Assembly: GCA_002269645.1 (NCBI GenBank)
Contig: NIVC01000695.1
Location: forward strand, 248,001-312,000
From: Macrostomum lignano
Taxonomy: Eukaryota
Direction of reading: 5' to 3'
Length of the DNA: 64,000 bases
This document shows positions 11,677 to 24,173 of the stretch, piece after piece. Made by a program: the position numbers and the translations under genes. Numbering within the stretch: position 1 is the stretch's first letter; each line of letters opens with the position of its first letter. The notes beneath the pieces are model-generated. The model made no database searches and was not told the origin of the DNA. It was given only the letters and a program-made list of their open reading frames with translations.

Positions 11677-14004
11677 CTAGATGGCGGTGTTCTCCTTCGA
11701 GCTGAAGCCGCGGTTCACGTGACTCCGTCGAGCTGTGCCGTCTGATTGGGCGTCGCTGCTGGGGCCTTCGCCGATGGCAAACTGAACGGCTCCCAGGCCG
11801 ATGGCTGGCTGCTGTCGATGCTGATGCTGCTGAAGGCTCAACTCGTGCTGCGCCGGCGACTCCGAGGTTCGACGCTGGAAGACGCCGGGCGACTCGCGAA
11901 CGTTCGCCGAACTGCCGCCGCTTCCGTCGGCCCCGTCGCCCAGCCGGTCCAGCCGGTGGCCCTGGGACGCGCCGCGGTGCAGCAGCCGGATGCCCCTGGC
12001 CAGCCTGGATTGCATGTCGTGCAGCCTTCGCGTCATGTCCGCGTCCGAGTTCAACGACTTCGTCAGGCCGGCGTGCACCTGGGCGGAGGCGCGGCGCGCC
12101 TGATGATCGATCACGCGGCGAACCTCGCTCGGACCCATCGAGGAAATATTGCCAGTTGATGCGCCAAGCGCAGTCAGGTCAGGGAACGACGGACCGGCTC
12201 CGCCGAGGTCCTGCATCGAGGCCACGGAGGCGACACGTCGGGCGAGGCCGGGAGCCAGGGCGGACAGGTGGTGCGTGGACTTCTTCTGGTCGGTCTCCAG
12301 GCTGGCGTAGTGCATCTTCAGAGCTACTTTGCGGTACACATCGACAATCTTCTCTGTCTGGGTGCGCGGATCGCGCTGCAGAATCCGGCGGAAGATCCGA
12401 CTATCGAGTCGGTCGAAGCACTCGCGCATCCGGTAGTCGCCGCGTCTGCCGCAGATTCCCTCGATGCCGGCATTCAGATGGTCGACGGTGTGCGTCACCA
12501 CCTCGTGGAAGACGCTGGTCAGAGGACGCTTGCGCAGCCGGATGTGGAGACAATTGACCAGCGGCTTGATGATCACTCCGACGATGATGCAGGTGAACAT
12601 GATGATGAACAGAGTTGTGGTCAGAAGGCGTTCGCGCATCAACGGATCGCCGTCAGCCTTCAACAGGTCCTTATTCTCGACAAGGGAGGCCAATGCAAAT
12701 GCGACGGCACCTCGGAGGCCGCCGAACGAGATGATGAGCTGCTCAGTGAGGCTGATGGGCGTCTTCCTGCCGAGCCGGTTCAGAGCGGCGCTGGACACGA
12801 AAGTGATGATGAATCGAGCAGCGAGGCAGAGCGCCAGAGACCACAGAGCGAAGCCCCAGTGCCAGACGTGAGTCTTCTTCACCAGCTCGATGCCCAGGTA
12901 GACAAAGATGATGGACTCGCTAACGCTGGCAACCATTTTTGTGAAGTACTTAATTGTAATCAGAGACTTTCTCGACACATTGTGAAACGCGTAGGCGGCT
13001 TGCACGATGCCGCAGCTGATGATGGCGATGAGGCCGGACCAGCCAACCATGTCCGCGATCATGTAGCTCAGGTAAGCCACCGACAGCATGACTAGGGGCT
13101 CCACAACCCGCTCGCTGTAGGTAAATCGAGTGATGAAACAGCAGATGATGCCGCAGAGCACGCCAATAAGCAGACCGCCCAGACTGATGGTGAAGAAGCT
13201 GACAATGCCCAACAAGATATCTGAGCCGCTAGCAGTTTCCAGGGGCATGAAAGCGTTCATGGTCTTGTAGAGAACCACTGTCACAGCGTCGTTCAGCAGT
13301 GACTCGCCAAACACCAGATAGTAGAGACCCTGCTCAACTCCGACGTCCTGGAAGATGGCCAGCACAGCGACTGGATCGACGGCTACGATGTACGAGCCGA
13401 ACAGCAGGCAGGTCTTGAGCGACACTCGCAGGGCGCCCATCGCCCCGGCGGCACTCAGGCCGTACAAAGCGAAGCCGATGATGAAAAATGCGAAAACTGT
13501 GCCAACCACGGCGAAGTACAAAATCGAGCCGAGGTTCTCGCCGAAGTTTCGATCGTAGAGCGAATAGGCAGCTTCGAGCATGATTGGCGGTAGGAGGATG
13601 TAGAAGAAGAGGCTGGGCGTTAGGTCCCAGTAGTAGCGCTCGGTATCCGAGTATACGGTGAAGAACACAATGATCCCGATGCCTACGCCCAAGAAGATGA
13701 GCACAATTGACTCGGGCACGAGTTCGGACAGCCAGTGGATGTGGTGGAACAGCGCCTTCAGAATGGAAACCACCACGATGAACAGGGAGATCACTATGTA
13801 CACCTTGACGCTGTCCCAGTGCCAGTCAGCCACCTTGATACCAGTACTGTGACCGCCTCCGTGGTCGCCGCCAGTGCTACTATTGGCACCGGTGCTACCT
13901 GTTCCACCGGTACTACCTGTACTGGAACCGCCGCCTCCACCGCTTAACGAGGTCGATGCCGAAAGCAACAACAAAAGCAACAAAAAGAATTGCTTGACTG
14001 CCAT
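11677..14004 (-). CDS. NHE: Na+/H+ exchanger, SLC9A plasma-membrane type (NHE1-5-like), single exon, 775 aa
   Basis: Signal-peptide-like N-terminus, FFYILLPPIMLEAAY, VDPVAVLAIF, VFGESLLNDAVTVVLY and GGLRGAVAF motifs, multiple TM helices and a long cytosolic tail. Exact ortholog not determined. Confidence 0.93.
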   Translation of the reverse strand: MAVKQFFLLLLLLLSASTSLSGGGGGSSTGSTGGTGSTGANSSTGGDHGGGHSTGIKVADWHWDSVKVYIVISLFIVVVSILKALFHHIHWLSELVPESIVLIFLGVGIGIIVFFTVYSDTERYYWDLTPSLFFYILLPPIMLEAAYSLYDRNFGENLGSILYFAVVGTVFAFFIIGFALYGLSAAGAMGALRVSLKTCLLFGSYIVAVDPVAVLAIFQDVGVEQGLYYLVFGESLLNDAVTVVLYKTMNAFMPLETASGSDILLGIVSFFTISLGGLLIGVLCGIICCFITRFTYSERVVEPLVMLSVAYLSYMIADMVGWSGLIAIISCGIVQAAYAFHNVSRKSLITIKYFTKMVASVSESIIFVYLGIELVKKTHVWHWGFALWSLALCLAARFIITFVSSAALNRLGRKTPISLTEQLIISFGGLRGAVAFALASLVENKDLLKADGDPLMRERLLTTTLFIIMFTCIIVGVIIKPLVNCLHIRLRKRPLTSVFHEVVTHTVDHLNAGIEGICGRRGDYRMRECFDRLDSRIFRRILQRDPRTQTEKIVDVYRKVALKMHYASLETDQKKSTHHLSALAPGLARRVASVASMQDLGGAGPSFPDLTALGASTGNISSMGPSEVRRVIDHQARRASAQVHAGLTKSLNSDADMTRRLHDMQSRLARGIRLLHRGASQGHRLDRLGDGADGSGGSSANVRESPGVFQRRTSESPAQHELSLQQHQHRQQPAIGLGAVQFAIGEGPSSDAQSDGTARRSHVNRGFSSKENTAI

Positions 14005-14421
14005 TCAAATTTTCTTGAATAGTTAAACCAATACAGACAAACTGTTCTTCCAAGGCCGAACTGCATGCTTTTATAGTGCAATTTCGGCGTGAAAACTGCA
14101 CCGCAGATAATTGGATCCCTTGGTGCGCTCTGCGCAGGAGAGCTCTGAAACTCCATTTCGCACCCCGTTCCGGTCTGTAAGTTCTTATTGAATGACTGTT
14201 CGATCTGGCATGGCAAACTTTCTGTCTCAAAACTTAGAGTTCATGCAGACATTTACGAGCTACATGTCTTGCAGTTTCCGGGGTGCCTTTTGTCACATTA
14301 AAAGTGCAAATCAGTTAGGTAGGCGCTCTGGGACTTTCATGGCTAAGTGTTGCTTTAAAACGCAGGAAAAATATAGGCAGAAAGAAAACTACCGCTGTTT
14401 TGAAGAATGCAGTCAGTTCCG

Positions 14422-14453
<32 letters not shown>

Positions 14454-14748
14454 AGACTTATTCATCATAATTGAGTCAAGGAGGCTAGAATTCTCATCGA
14501 TAGTAACCGATGAGACAATAAAACAAAGCCAAGTTTTTTGTTAAGAGTTCTGGGTATTTTGTCCATTTCTTGAAGAAAGTGGACATCTTAAAAGTTGGGC
14601 ATGAATGCCCTTATTTTGTAGGTGGGCATTGGGAATCGAAAAGTACAACTCGGATTTGAGTTGGAAAATAGTTAGTAATAATCGTGTTTTTAAGTTTTCA
14701 TCCAATTTTTCTGTAACCAAATGGTATTTCCACCTCTCTCTGAATCAG

Positions 14749-16341
14749 TCACCACGGCATCATCTCTCGGACAGCCTGACGATATTTCTTACACCTGGCC
14801 ATCAGAATGATCCAATTGACAGCCTGACCTGTCATGGCCAGCTGCTTCAGGCTGAAAATAAAGTTGCTCAGCATTCGGGCAGTCCGAATGCCAGCCTGAC
14901 GGTCTGCCGTATACTTCGTCACCAACTGCACTGCCCACTCGACGGCTAACAGCGGCAAGTTGAACCCCAGCGTGACACACGACATCGCCATGACAATAGT
15001 CGCACTGCTTAGACTCTGCCGGTCGACGCCAGATTCGGTAGCAGTATTATTCGATAAATGACGCCTTTTAGCGGCTAGTCTAGCAATCCTGATCAATAGA
15101 GCCACGTTGCACAACAGCACCAACAGCAGAGGGATGGTTGGTGGAGAGATAAACAAAGTGTCGTACGTGAGCGCAAAGTTGTGCTGACTGGGAGCGAAGT
15201 AACACACAATGCTGAAAAAGCCGACGCCGTCAAAAATGGCGTAACGTGTTACCAGGAGAAGTCGAGGAACGGTGAGGCCCAGGGTGACCAGTGTGGCGGC
15301 TAGTACTGACCTGTGTACAGACCGATTGCACAGTGAATAAATATTCTGTACAAAGTGCACGAAGTAGTGTTTGATCGTTAATCTTTAATCGAGTCGCAAC
15401 CCAAGAAACTGATCGATCAAGAAACTCGTTAGCCAATAAAGCATGTCGAAAACAAAGTAAACTAGCAACTCGACAAAAAACAAATCGACAACCAATCAAC
15501 TCCACAACCAAACAAATCGACAACCAAGCAACTCCACAACCAAACAAATCGACAACCAAGCAACTCCACAACCAAACAAATCGACAACCAAGCAACTCCA
15601 CAACCAAACAGCTCGACAACCAAGCAACTTGACAATCAAGAAAACTAGTCAACCAAGCAATTCATCACTAAAGCTATGAACTACTTACTGCATGACAAAT
15701 TTGCAACCATCAGGTCATACTTGCACGAGTGTACAAGTAAGACACACTGTCACAAAAGGGTCATTAAATGACAGCTCCGTAACTGCATAGGAGCGCCTCA
15801 AGTCTGATAAGCAAGTAAATTCTGGATCTTACCTGAAAGCAATGCCAGACCCCACCTGTTGAAGCCTCATGGGCATCAGAAAGGCCAGCAGCCTGTCTGT
15901 CACCATCACCAACAGCAGCATAGCGGGCAGTAGCTGACACAGACTGCCAATTATCCAATGAGCTTTACAACCAATTTCTCCGCGATTGCTCAACAGAAAA
16001 CCCAGCCGACCACCCGAGATCCAGGGCAGGCCGCGGTTCAAGAAGCCGTGAAGCATGCCCAACAGCGGCACCGTAACGCAGTCGACAAGAGCAACGCAAC
16101 CGTAGAAAGCATTCTGTCTGGTCAATGGGCGCCACTTAAACAGGGCCAAGTAGCCAGTCAGGCCGTTGCCAAAGAAACTGAGGCAGGCAAGAAATGGCGA
16201 GATAAACGCACAGAAAATGCCGCTAATTGTGGCGGTGATGCAGCCAGCCCTCAAGGCCTCTAAGCCGCTTCTGCAGTCGACCAGCAGGTACGAAAATGTG
16301 TCAAAATTGTAGCTCAGGCGACCGCTAGACGAATCGTTCAT
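14749..16341 (-). CDS. Rhodopsin-class GPCR, neuropeptide/FMRFamide-receptor-like, 2 exons: 16341-15833, 15310-14749; 356 aa
   Basis: Seven hydrophobic segments, TM1 FFGN, TM3 Cys (GCK) and TDRL (DRY equivalent), TM7 followed by KKYR helix 8. Phase-2 GT-AG intron joins both ORFs (1071 nt). Confidence 0.82.
15465..15660 (+). repeat. About 32-bp repeat (AAACAAATCGACAACCAAGCAACTCCACAACC) in GPCR intron
   Basis: About 5 degenerate copies. Confidence 0.8.
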
Positions 16342-16896
16342 TCTAATTTGCCAGAATCAGAGGTGCCTCTGAAACTAATTGATTTGGTTGTTACACCTGT
16401 TCGCAGAAAATGTTCTTAACAGACTATCCATCCAAACTTACCTTAAAAATCAAAAATCAAACTTGGATTTTGTTCTTACGACTTCAACAATCATTCACCA
16501 TCGTCGATACCTCGTCAGTTGAGCAGTTAGGTTAGAAGACAAGATACTCGTCGAAATTTTAGTGGGAGGATTTCCTATTGCATATTTATAGCCAGCTACA
16601 CTCGTGCCAATTAGATTGGAGATCATTAATTATAGCTCGTACGATATCTGCAGTCACTGAGAAGTGCCACGCCCCAGGACTGCGTGAATAGCAAAAGAGG
16701 AAATTATAAAATGCTCAATGGATTCAGTCAATCGTGAAAAAATAATTGATCACGTTAAGCTTTGATCTGAAAATAATTGCCTTGAATTCCACTCGCATGC
16801 AATGCGCTGTTCAGATTCATCAGCAATTAAACTGAGCTCCATACTGGCTCTGGTTTTCAAGATTGCGAATCTCACGAGATTAAAATCCTAAAGTCG

Positions 16897-19600
16897 CCTG
16901 TGATTAGCATTTCATACCTGTCTCAGACCGTCTGCAATTAGCATCTCACACCTGTCTGTCATTAGCATCTGACACTTGTCTGTGATTAGTATCTCATACC
17001 TGTCTGTGATTAGCATTTCATACTTGTCTGTGATTAGCATCTCATACCTGTCTATAATTAGCATCTCATACCTGTCTGTGATTAGCATCTCATACCTGTC
17101 TGTGATTAGCATCTCATACCTGTCTATAATTAGCATCTCATACCTGTCTGTGATTAGCATCTCACACCTGTCTGTGATTAGCATTTCATACCTGTCTCAG
17201 ACCGTCTGTGATTAGCATCTCACACCTGTCTGTCATTAGCATCTGACACTTGTCTGTGATTAGTATCTCATACCTGTCTGTGATTAGCATTTCATACCTG
17301 TCTGTGATTAGCATCTCATACCTGTCTATAATTAGCATCTCATACCTGTCTGTGATTAGCATCTCATACCCATATGTGATTAGCATCTCATACCTGTCTG
17401 TGATTAGCATCTCATACCTGTGTGTGATTAGCATCTCATACCCATCTGTGATTAGCATCTCACACCTGTCTGTGATTAGCATCTCATACCTGTCTGTGAT
17501 TAGCATCTCATACCTGTCTGTGATTAGCATCTCACACCCATCTGTGATTAGCATCTCATACCTGTCTGTGATTAGCATCTCATACTTGTCTGTGATTAGC
17601 ATCTCATACCTGTCTGTGATTAGCATCTCATACCCATCTGTGATTAGCATCTCATACCCATCTGTGATTAGCATCTCACACCTGTCTGTGATTAGCATCT
17701 CATACCTGTCTGTGATTAGCATCTCATACCTGTCTGTGATTAGCATCTCACACCCATCTGTGATTAGCATCTCATACCTGTCTGTGATTAGCATCTCATA
17801 CTTGTCTGTGATTAGCATCTCATACCTGTCTGTGATTAGCATCTCATACCTGTCTGTGATTAGCATCTCATACCTGTCTGTGATTAGCATCTCATACCCA
17901 TATGTGATTAGCATCTCATACTTGTCTGTGATTAGCATCTCATACCTGTCTGTGATTAGCATCTCATACCTGTCTGTGATTAGCATCTCACACCCATCTG
18001 TGATTAGCATCTCATACCTGTCTGTGATTAGCATCTCACACCCATCTGTGATTAGCATCTCATACCTGTCTGTGATTAGCATCTCATACTTGTCTGTGAT
18101 TAGCATCTCATACCTGTCTGTGATTAGTATCTCATACCTGTCTGTGATTAGCATCTCATACCTGTCTGTGATTAGCATCTCACACCCATCTGTGATTAGC
18201 ATCTCATACCTGTCTGTGATTAGCATCTCATACCTGTCTATAATTAGCATCTCTACATATACAACGCCGAGACCTGGACGCTGACAGACTCGCTCGAGGC
18301 TCAAGTCGACGTGGCGCACGCTGGCCTGCTGCGCGCCGCCTTCAAGATCGGCAACGAGCGAGTCACCAACATGGCGCTCTACCATCGCGCCGGCCTGCCC
18401 GTCCTAGCGATCTGCTGCGCCGTCGGCGACTCCAGCTGGCAGGCCACGTCATCCGCGCCGAGGCCTACTGTCCGGAGCCGGTGCAGGAGGTGCTGCTACT
18501 TACGTTGCAGGCACCCTACCGGCGGGGACAAGCGAGGACACGGCGCTACGTCGACTGTCTGCTGGCTGACGCCGGCGCCCCGGACTCTGCCGGCGGTGCG
18601 GCCTTTGTTCGCGCCCAAGCTTCGAAGCGTGCCATCTGACGTTGCTTTTTACGACCCGGCAGCGTACTCTGTTGTTGTTAGCATCTCTTACCCATCTGTG
18701 ATTAGCATCTCTTACCCATCTGTGATTAGCATCTCACACTTGTCTGTGATTAGCATCTTACATCCATTTGTGATTAGCATCTCATACCTGTCTGTGATTA
18801 GCATCTCACACCCATCTGTGATTAGCATCTCATACCTGTCTGTGATTAGCATCTCACATCCATTTGTGATTAGCATCTCATACCTGTCTGTGATTAGCAT
18901 CTCATACCTGTCTGTGATTAGCATCTCACATCCATTTGTGATTAGCATCTCATACCTGTCTGTGATTAGCATCTCATACCCATCTGTTATTAGCATCTCA
19001 TACCTGTCTGTGATTAGCATCTCATACCTGTCTGTGATTAGCATCTCATACCTGTCTGTAATTAGCATCTCATACCTGTCTGTGATTAGCATCTCACATC
19101 CATCTGTTACGAGCGTATTAGCATCTCATACCTGTCTGTGATTAGCATCTCACATCCATTTGTGATTAGCATCTCATACCTGTGTGTGATTAGCATCTCA
19201 TACCTGTCTGTGATTAGCATCTCATACCTGTCTTTGATTAGCATCTCATACCTGTCTGTGATTAGCATCTCATACCTGTCTGTGATTAGCATCTTACATC
19301 CATTTGTGATTAGCATCTCACACCCATCTGTGATTAGCATCTCATACCTGTGTGTGATTAGCATCTCATACCTGTGTGTGATTAGCATCTCATACCTGTC
19401 TGTGATTAGCATCTCATACCTGTCTTTGATTAGCATCTCACACCCATCTGTGATTAGTATCTCATACCTGGCTGTGATTAGCATCTCATACCTGTCTGTG
19501 ATTAGCATCTCATACCTGTCTGTGATTAGCATCTCATACCCATCTGTGATTAGCATCTCATACCTGTCTCAGGCCGTCTCCAATTAGCATCTCACACACC
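16897..19600 (+). repeat. 24-bp minisatellite (GTGATTAGCATCTCATACCTGTCT), interrupted by a LINE fragment
   Basis: About 90 copies; produces the MLITDRYE / VISISYLS ORFs. Confidence 0.97.
18255..18677 (+). mobile_element. 5'-truncated RTE-like non-LTR retrotransposon 3' end with 11-bp target-site duplication
   Basis: Translates YNAETWTLTDSLEAQVD...ERVTNMALY...(1-nt frameshift)...RRRRLQLAGHVIRAE...stop, typical of the post-RT region of RTE-type ORFs. Ends in a (GTT)n tail. Flanked by TTAGCATCTCT at 18244-18254 and 18678-18688. Confidence 0.82.
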
Positions 19601-20229
19601 GATACTGTAGGTACGATAGTCGCATAATTAAATAAAGTAAATAAATCTAGCAGAGCCAAAAATAAATTAGTTTAAAAGCTTACAAATAATAATAATTAAT
19701 AATAGATTTGCGTCACCCACAGTGGCGGCCCAAACCGACAGCATTTATTATTAAACCATAAACTGCTTCGCACATTTTTTAATCCTTCAAACTTGGCTTG
19801 TCACACAGAGTGAACTCTTCCGCGCAACTAAAGGAGGGGGAAGGCCGGACAGACCTGCGAATGTGGGTCTAAAAAGAGCATATTTATCAGGTCTCTCAGG
19901 GGCGCAGGCAAGCAAACAAAAACACCCACTGGACACGTAGCAAAGTATGTGACAGAACACAGACACCCAATTAAACTTCAGACAACTTCAGGCTGTTTAT
20001 TAAAAAATTTCGGATTATCAGCCAGCCTACAGTTGTACGGTCAACCTAGCGCGACCTTGTTGTAAACAAAAATTTTAATCAACTGAAGCCGAAACAAACA
20101 AACAAACAGAATTTGAAACAATTTTTAAACAAACTGAAGTGATTTTAACCAATATTTGTCTGGGGGGAAAGAAAATAGAGACAAACTTTTGTTAATATTT
20201 TTAGCCCAAGCAACGGACCCCCTCTTAGC

Positions 20230-23200
20230 CTAGTCCAATATCGGCTCCTCTTGACTCTTCCGCACGCAACGGGCCACGCGTTTCTTAAAGCTGGCGGGGT
20301 TCTCGCGAAACTCCTTGGCCGCGTCCACATTGGCCGGGCTGTCCGGATTCGGTTCGGACAGCATCGTGATGACGGACATGACAATGGATTCTACAGAGTG
20401 AATTGGTAGCCAGCGCTCCTCTGGTCGCTCGTAGCCCCACTTGTCCTCACCTGGACGGGTAGACGAAGGCGATGAAAGTTGTGTAGCTAAATAGCTTGTT
20501 AAATATTCCCCAGGAGCTAAATCCATTCTAAATCTAATCCATTAAATTTCTGATTTAATTTGAGAAATAAAAAAATGGAGATTTAAAAGGATTCAGAAAC
20601 CTCAAATTGAGGATGTAAAGACAAGGAACTCAAAATTAAGGATCTGAAATCATAATTTTTAAATTGGGGAACTAAAATCATAATCCTTCAATTGGGGATC
20701 TGAAATCATAATCCATTAATGGGGGACCCGGGGAATCATAAGCCATAAATTGGGGATCTGAGGAATCATAATCCATAAATTGAGAATCTGAGGAATCATA
20801 ATCCATAAATTGAGAATCTGAGGAATCATAATCCATAAATTGAGGAATTGAGGAATCATAATCCATAAATTGGGGATCTGAGGAACCATAATCCATAAAT
20901 TGGGGATCTGAGGAATCATAATCCATAAATTGGGGATCTGAGGAATCATAATCCATAAATTGAGGAGTTGAGGAATCATAATCCATAAATTGGGGATCTG
21001 AGGAACCATAATCCATAAATTGGGGATCTGAGGAACCATAATCCATAAATTGGGGATCTGAGGAATTATAATCCATAAATTGGGGATCTGAGGAACCATA
21101 ATCCATAAATTGGGGATCTGAGGAACCATAATCCATAAATTGGGGATCTGAGGAACCATAATCCATAAATTTAGGATCTGAGGAATCAAATCATAAATTG
21201 GGGATCTGAGGAATTATAATCCATAAATTGGGGATCTGAGGAATCAATAAAAAAATCTCACTCAACTCAACCAAACAAAAGACTCACCAGGCTCGTGCAG
21301 AATGGAGATGCACACGGAGCCATCAGACTCAACATTGGGATGCCAGATCTCGGTGAGGAATTTCATTTTAGGCGGCCTATTCGGATAGTCCTTGGGGAAG
21401 CGCAGCTCAGCAACAAACAGGCCACCCTCATAAAGAGTGCCAGACGGCCCAAAGATGGTCACGCGCCAGATGTAGGGGTCATTGTCATCTAGTAGGCCAG
21501 CTGAGAAACAATCAGAGCCTTGCTTGCGGAGATCTATTAGTTAGGAGAAAACAAAAAAGAATAATAAGTAATTGAGACTACTCAAATCAGTAGTAGATAT
21601 TATATTTTATTATAATTTTTATTATCTAAATAACCATTTCTTAGAATTTTATGTGCTTGACTGAGAGTTTAAAAGGGATAATGTTTTTTTATAAAGAAAT
21701 CACTGCTTAGATAGAGAGCTTATCTAGGAAATAAGTTCATTAGGTTTACATTTTGGATTACAATCACAATATACTAATAAGGCAAGATTTATTATGTTTT
21801 AGCTAATTGTGAAAGTGGTTATAGTTTCATTAAATTAGTGCAAAAAAGAATATGTTTGTTATAATATGCAAAATATTTTGTCTATAAAATTTGTTAAAAT
21901 ATACACAAACTTGCTAAGTATAAATAGAACTAGAATTCAGTCTCAGACCTATAAGTATTACTTATAAATTTGCAATAAAAGAGATTGAAAAAATTCACTA
22001 ACAGAAGGATTGGGAGAAATATTGGATTGCAAGGCCATAATAAGAGTAAAGCTGTGACTTTCCAAATTCCAATAATGCCAAGATTGAAAATAATACATGT
22101 AACCAGTAAGGCCAATCAGGCCTAACAGAACTATACTAATAACTACCAGATTTATATTAGGGCAAAGCTTAGGGCCAAGGGCCCAGCCAATCAATTATAT
22201 ATTGCTATTTTTCTCCAATCATAACCCTATTGCAGTCTATAAGTTGTGAATTTTATAATTTTGGCTAGCTGGGTCTAGGGTAGCAATACCCTTGGGGCCT
22301 AACTAGCTAGTACAAATATATGTATATATATATATATGTTGGCACATGTGGGGGTATGGGAGACAACCTCCATGCCAATCTAGACTCTGCTGAGTCTAGT
22401 AACTAACCAAAAATAAGTTATATACTTAAAAGCATTCACTGTCAAAATTAGAGAGTCTATCCCTATTGCCACCATTGTCACTGCTGTGTCGAGTCAAAGA
22501 ATGAGTTGTGCCTGATTTAATTGCTAGTCTGGCTAGGTTCAAATTGTGCCATAGGGACAAGTTGACTAAGTCTTGCGATATGATCCTAAGCTCAGAGTCC
22601 AAATTCAGTCCAGCCAGCTAACTGATGCCATCTCTGTGCTTGTCCATAACCCAGCCTCTAACAGCCCCTGGTCTACCACAATTTAGGGTGCTGTATACTC
22701 ATGTGCCAAAATCCTGATTGAACAATTATACATTCATGGCAGCAAGAAGTTGAAGAACACATTGACACTACAGGGGCAACCAGATTGGCCTGGTTGACCA
22801 GCAGTTGCACATGTATTTGAGACAAGCTATGCAATTTTTATTATTATTATTAGGCATAAAACTAACAAAAAATCCTAATTTTCTAATTGAAAAACTCTAT
22901 GCCTATGGTATAAATATTAATAGAGCTGTAAAAATGCTAGTTATATTAAAAGGTAAATATTGGGTCATCTTCCATCAAAACTAAGCAATAATTTTTTTTG
23001 TTTCTAAAATTAAATCAAGTAATAGAAAAGTCATACAAACAAAAATAATTTTCATAGTCTTTACTCTTTATAACAGAAAATTGATATACTCAAACATTTG
23101 TTTAAATGCCTTTCATACCCCAGTCTATTGGCATGCAATGTAGACTGCAGACCCCCACTCCCTAGTCTGTTAACATGCCGCGCAGACTATAGACCTCCGA

Positions 23201-24173
23201 TTGTTTATATATTTATCAAATTCATACTCAGTCTATTGGCATGCAATGCAGACCTTCTCTCTTGGCCTCTTCCTCTGCAAGAAGCATGCATAGCTAGGAG
23301 ATGTTCCTGCACACATAGTATATACTTGAGGCTATGGCCAATGTATGCCCAAATTTTTGGGTATATACTAAATGATCTAGAGTATCAAAGTAATTTTAAT
23401 GTATTAATTTTTAGTTATATAACTTTTTATACAAAAAGTAAGCTAGGCCTCTATTAGACCAAAATGATTGTAGAATCTTATTTATACTTATGGGAAAACA
23501 CATTACTGAATAAACCAAAATTTCTAAAAAATCAAAACATGAAAAATGTTATAACTTTTTGATTAGGCCTATTTGACCAAATTTCATGAATAAGATGTCA
23601 AAATGCTTGTCAATGTTTTTATTACATTAGAAAATACAAAAGGCAAAATCTCTCTTTCTAGTCTCTAGACTGTTTTTGCCTAGCTTTAGTAAGAACTAAG
23701 CCTATAGTTTATATTTATTATTCAATAGGCCTCTAGTCAATATTATAATAAAATTGATTTTGTCATTAATGTTGTTATTATGATTATTACAATATATTGC
23801 TATTAAATTGACCTAAGATTAAAAGGATTATTCTTTGTTAAATATGCTATTTTGGTTATAGCCTATCTTACAACAAATTTTATACTTTATAATATTATTA
23901 TTTTATTATTTTTTATTATTATTTTAGTGTTTAATAATTATAATTTATTATTATGGTGCTAAAATTAGCAGTGTCTATACTGATAACTGATATTACTGAT
24001 ATTATTATTGTTAATATAAAAATACAATAGACAAATATTTGAAATAGTAACTACAAAAAACATTAGTAGTTATTATATTAATAGGGGCCTAAAATTTGAT
24101 AAAATTTAAATAAAGATTTTCACCTACCATTTAATTGACGATGCAACAGAAGAGCAGATTTTTCTGTAGCCAT
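20230..24173 (-). CDS. UBE2G1: Ubiquitin-conjugating enzyme E2 G1, 3 exons: 24173-24128, 21533-21288, 20450-20230; 170 aa
   Basis: Spliced MATEKSALLLHRQLNDLRKQGSDCFSAGLLDDND...[37 protein letters not shown]...VARCVRKSQE matches UBE2G1/Ubc7 including the acidic loop. Phase-1 GT-AG introns, 513 nt. Confidence 0.94.
20655..21246 (+). repeat. 30-bp minisatellite (GAGGAATCATAATCCATAAATTGGGGATCT) in UBE2G1 intron 2
   Basis: About 19 copies. Confidence 0.95.

Noticed and set aside
11746-13558. Plus-strand ORFs overlapping the NHE gene
   Set aside because: Antisense shadows of a GC-rich coding sequence with no recognisable motifs.
16912-19587. MLITDRYE / VISISYLS repeat proteins
   Set aside because: 24-bp unit translated on both strands; no unique termini or splice evidence, and a LINE fragment interrupts it.
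16897-19600. CRISPR-like array (repeats with a unique insert)
   Set aside because: Units are directly tandem without spacers, the single insert is a LINE fragment, there are no cas genes and the DNA is eukaryotic.
20678-21189. MDYGSSDPQF repeat ORF
   Set aside because: 30-bp array lying inside UBE2G1 intron 2.
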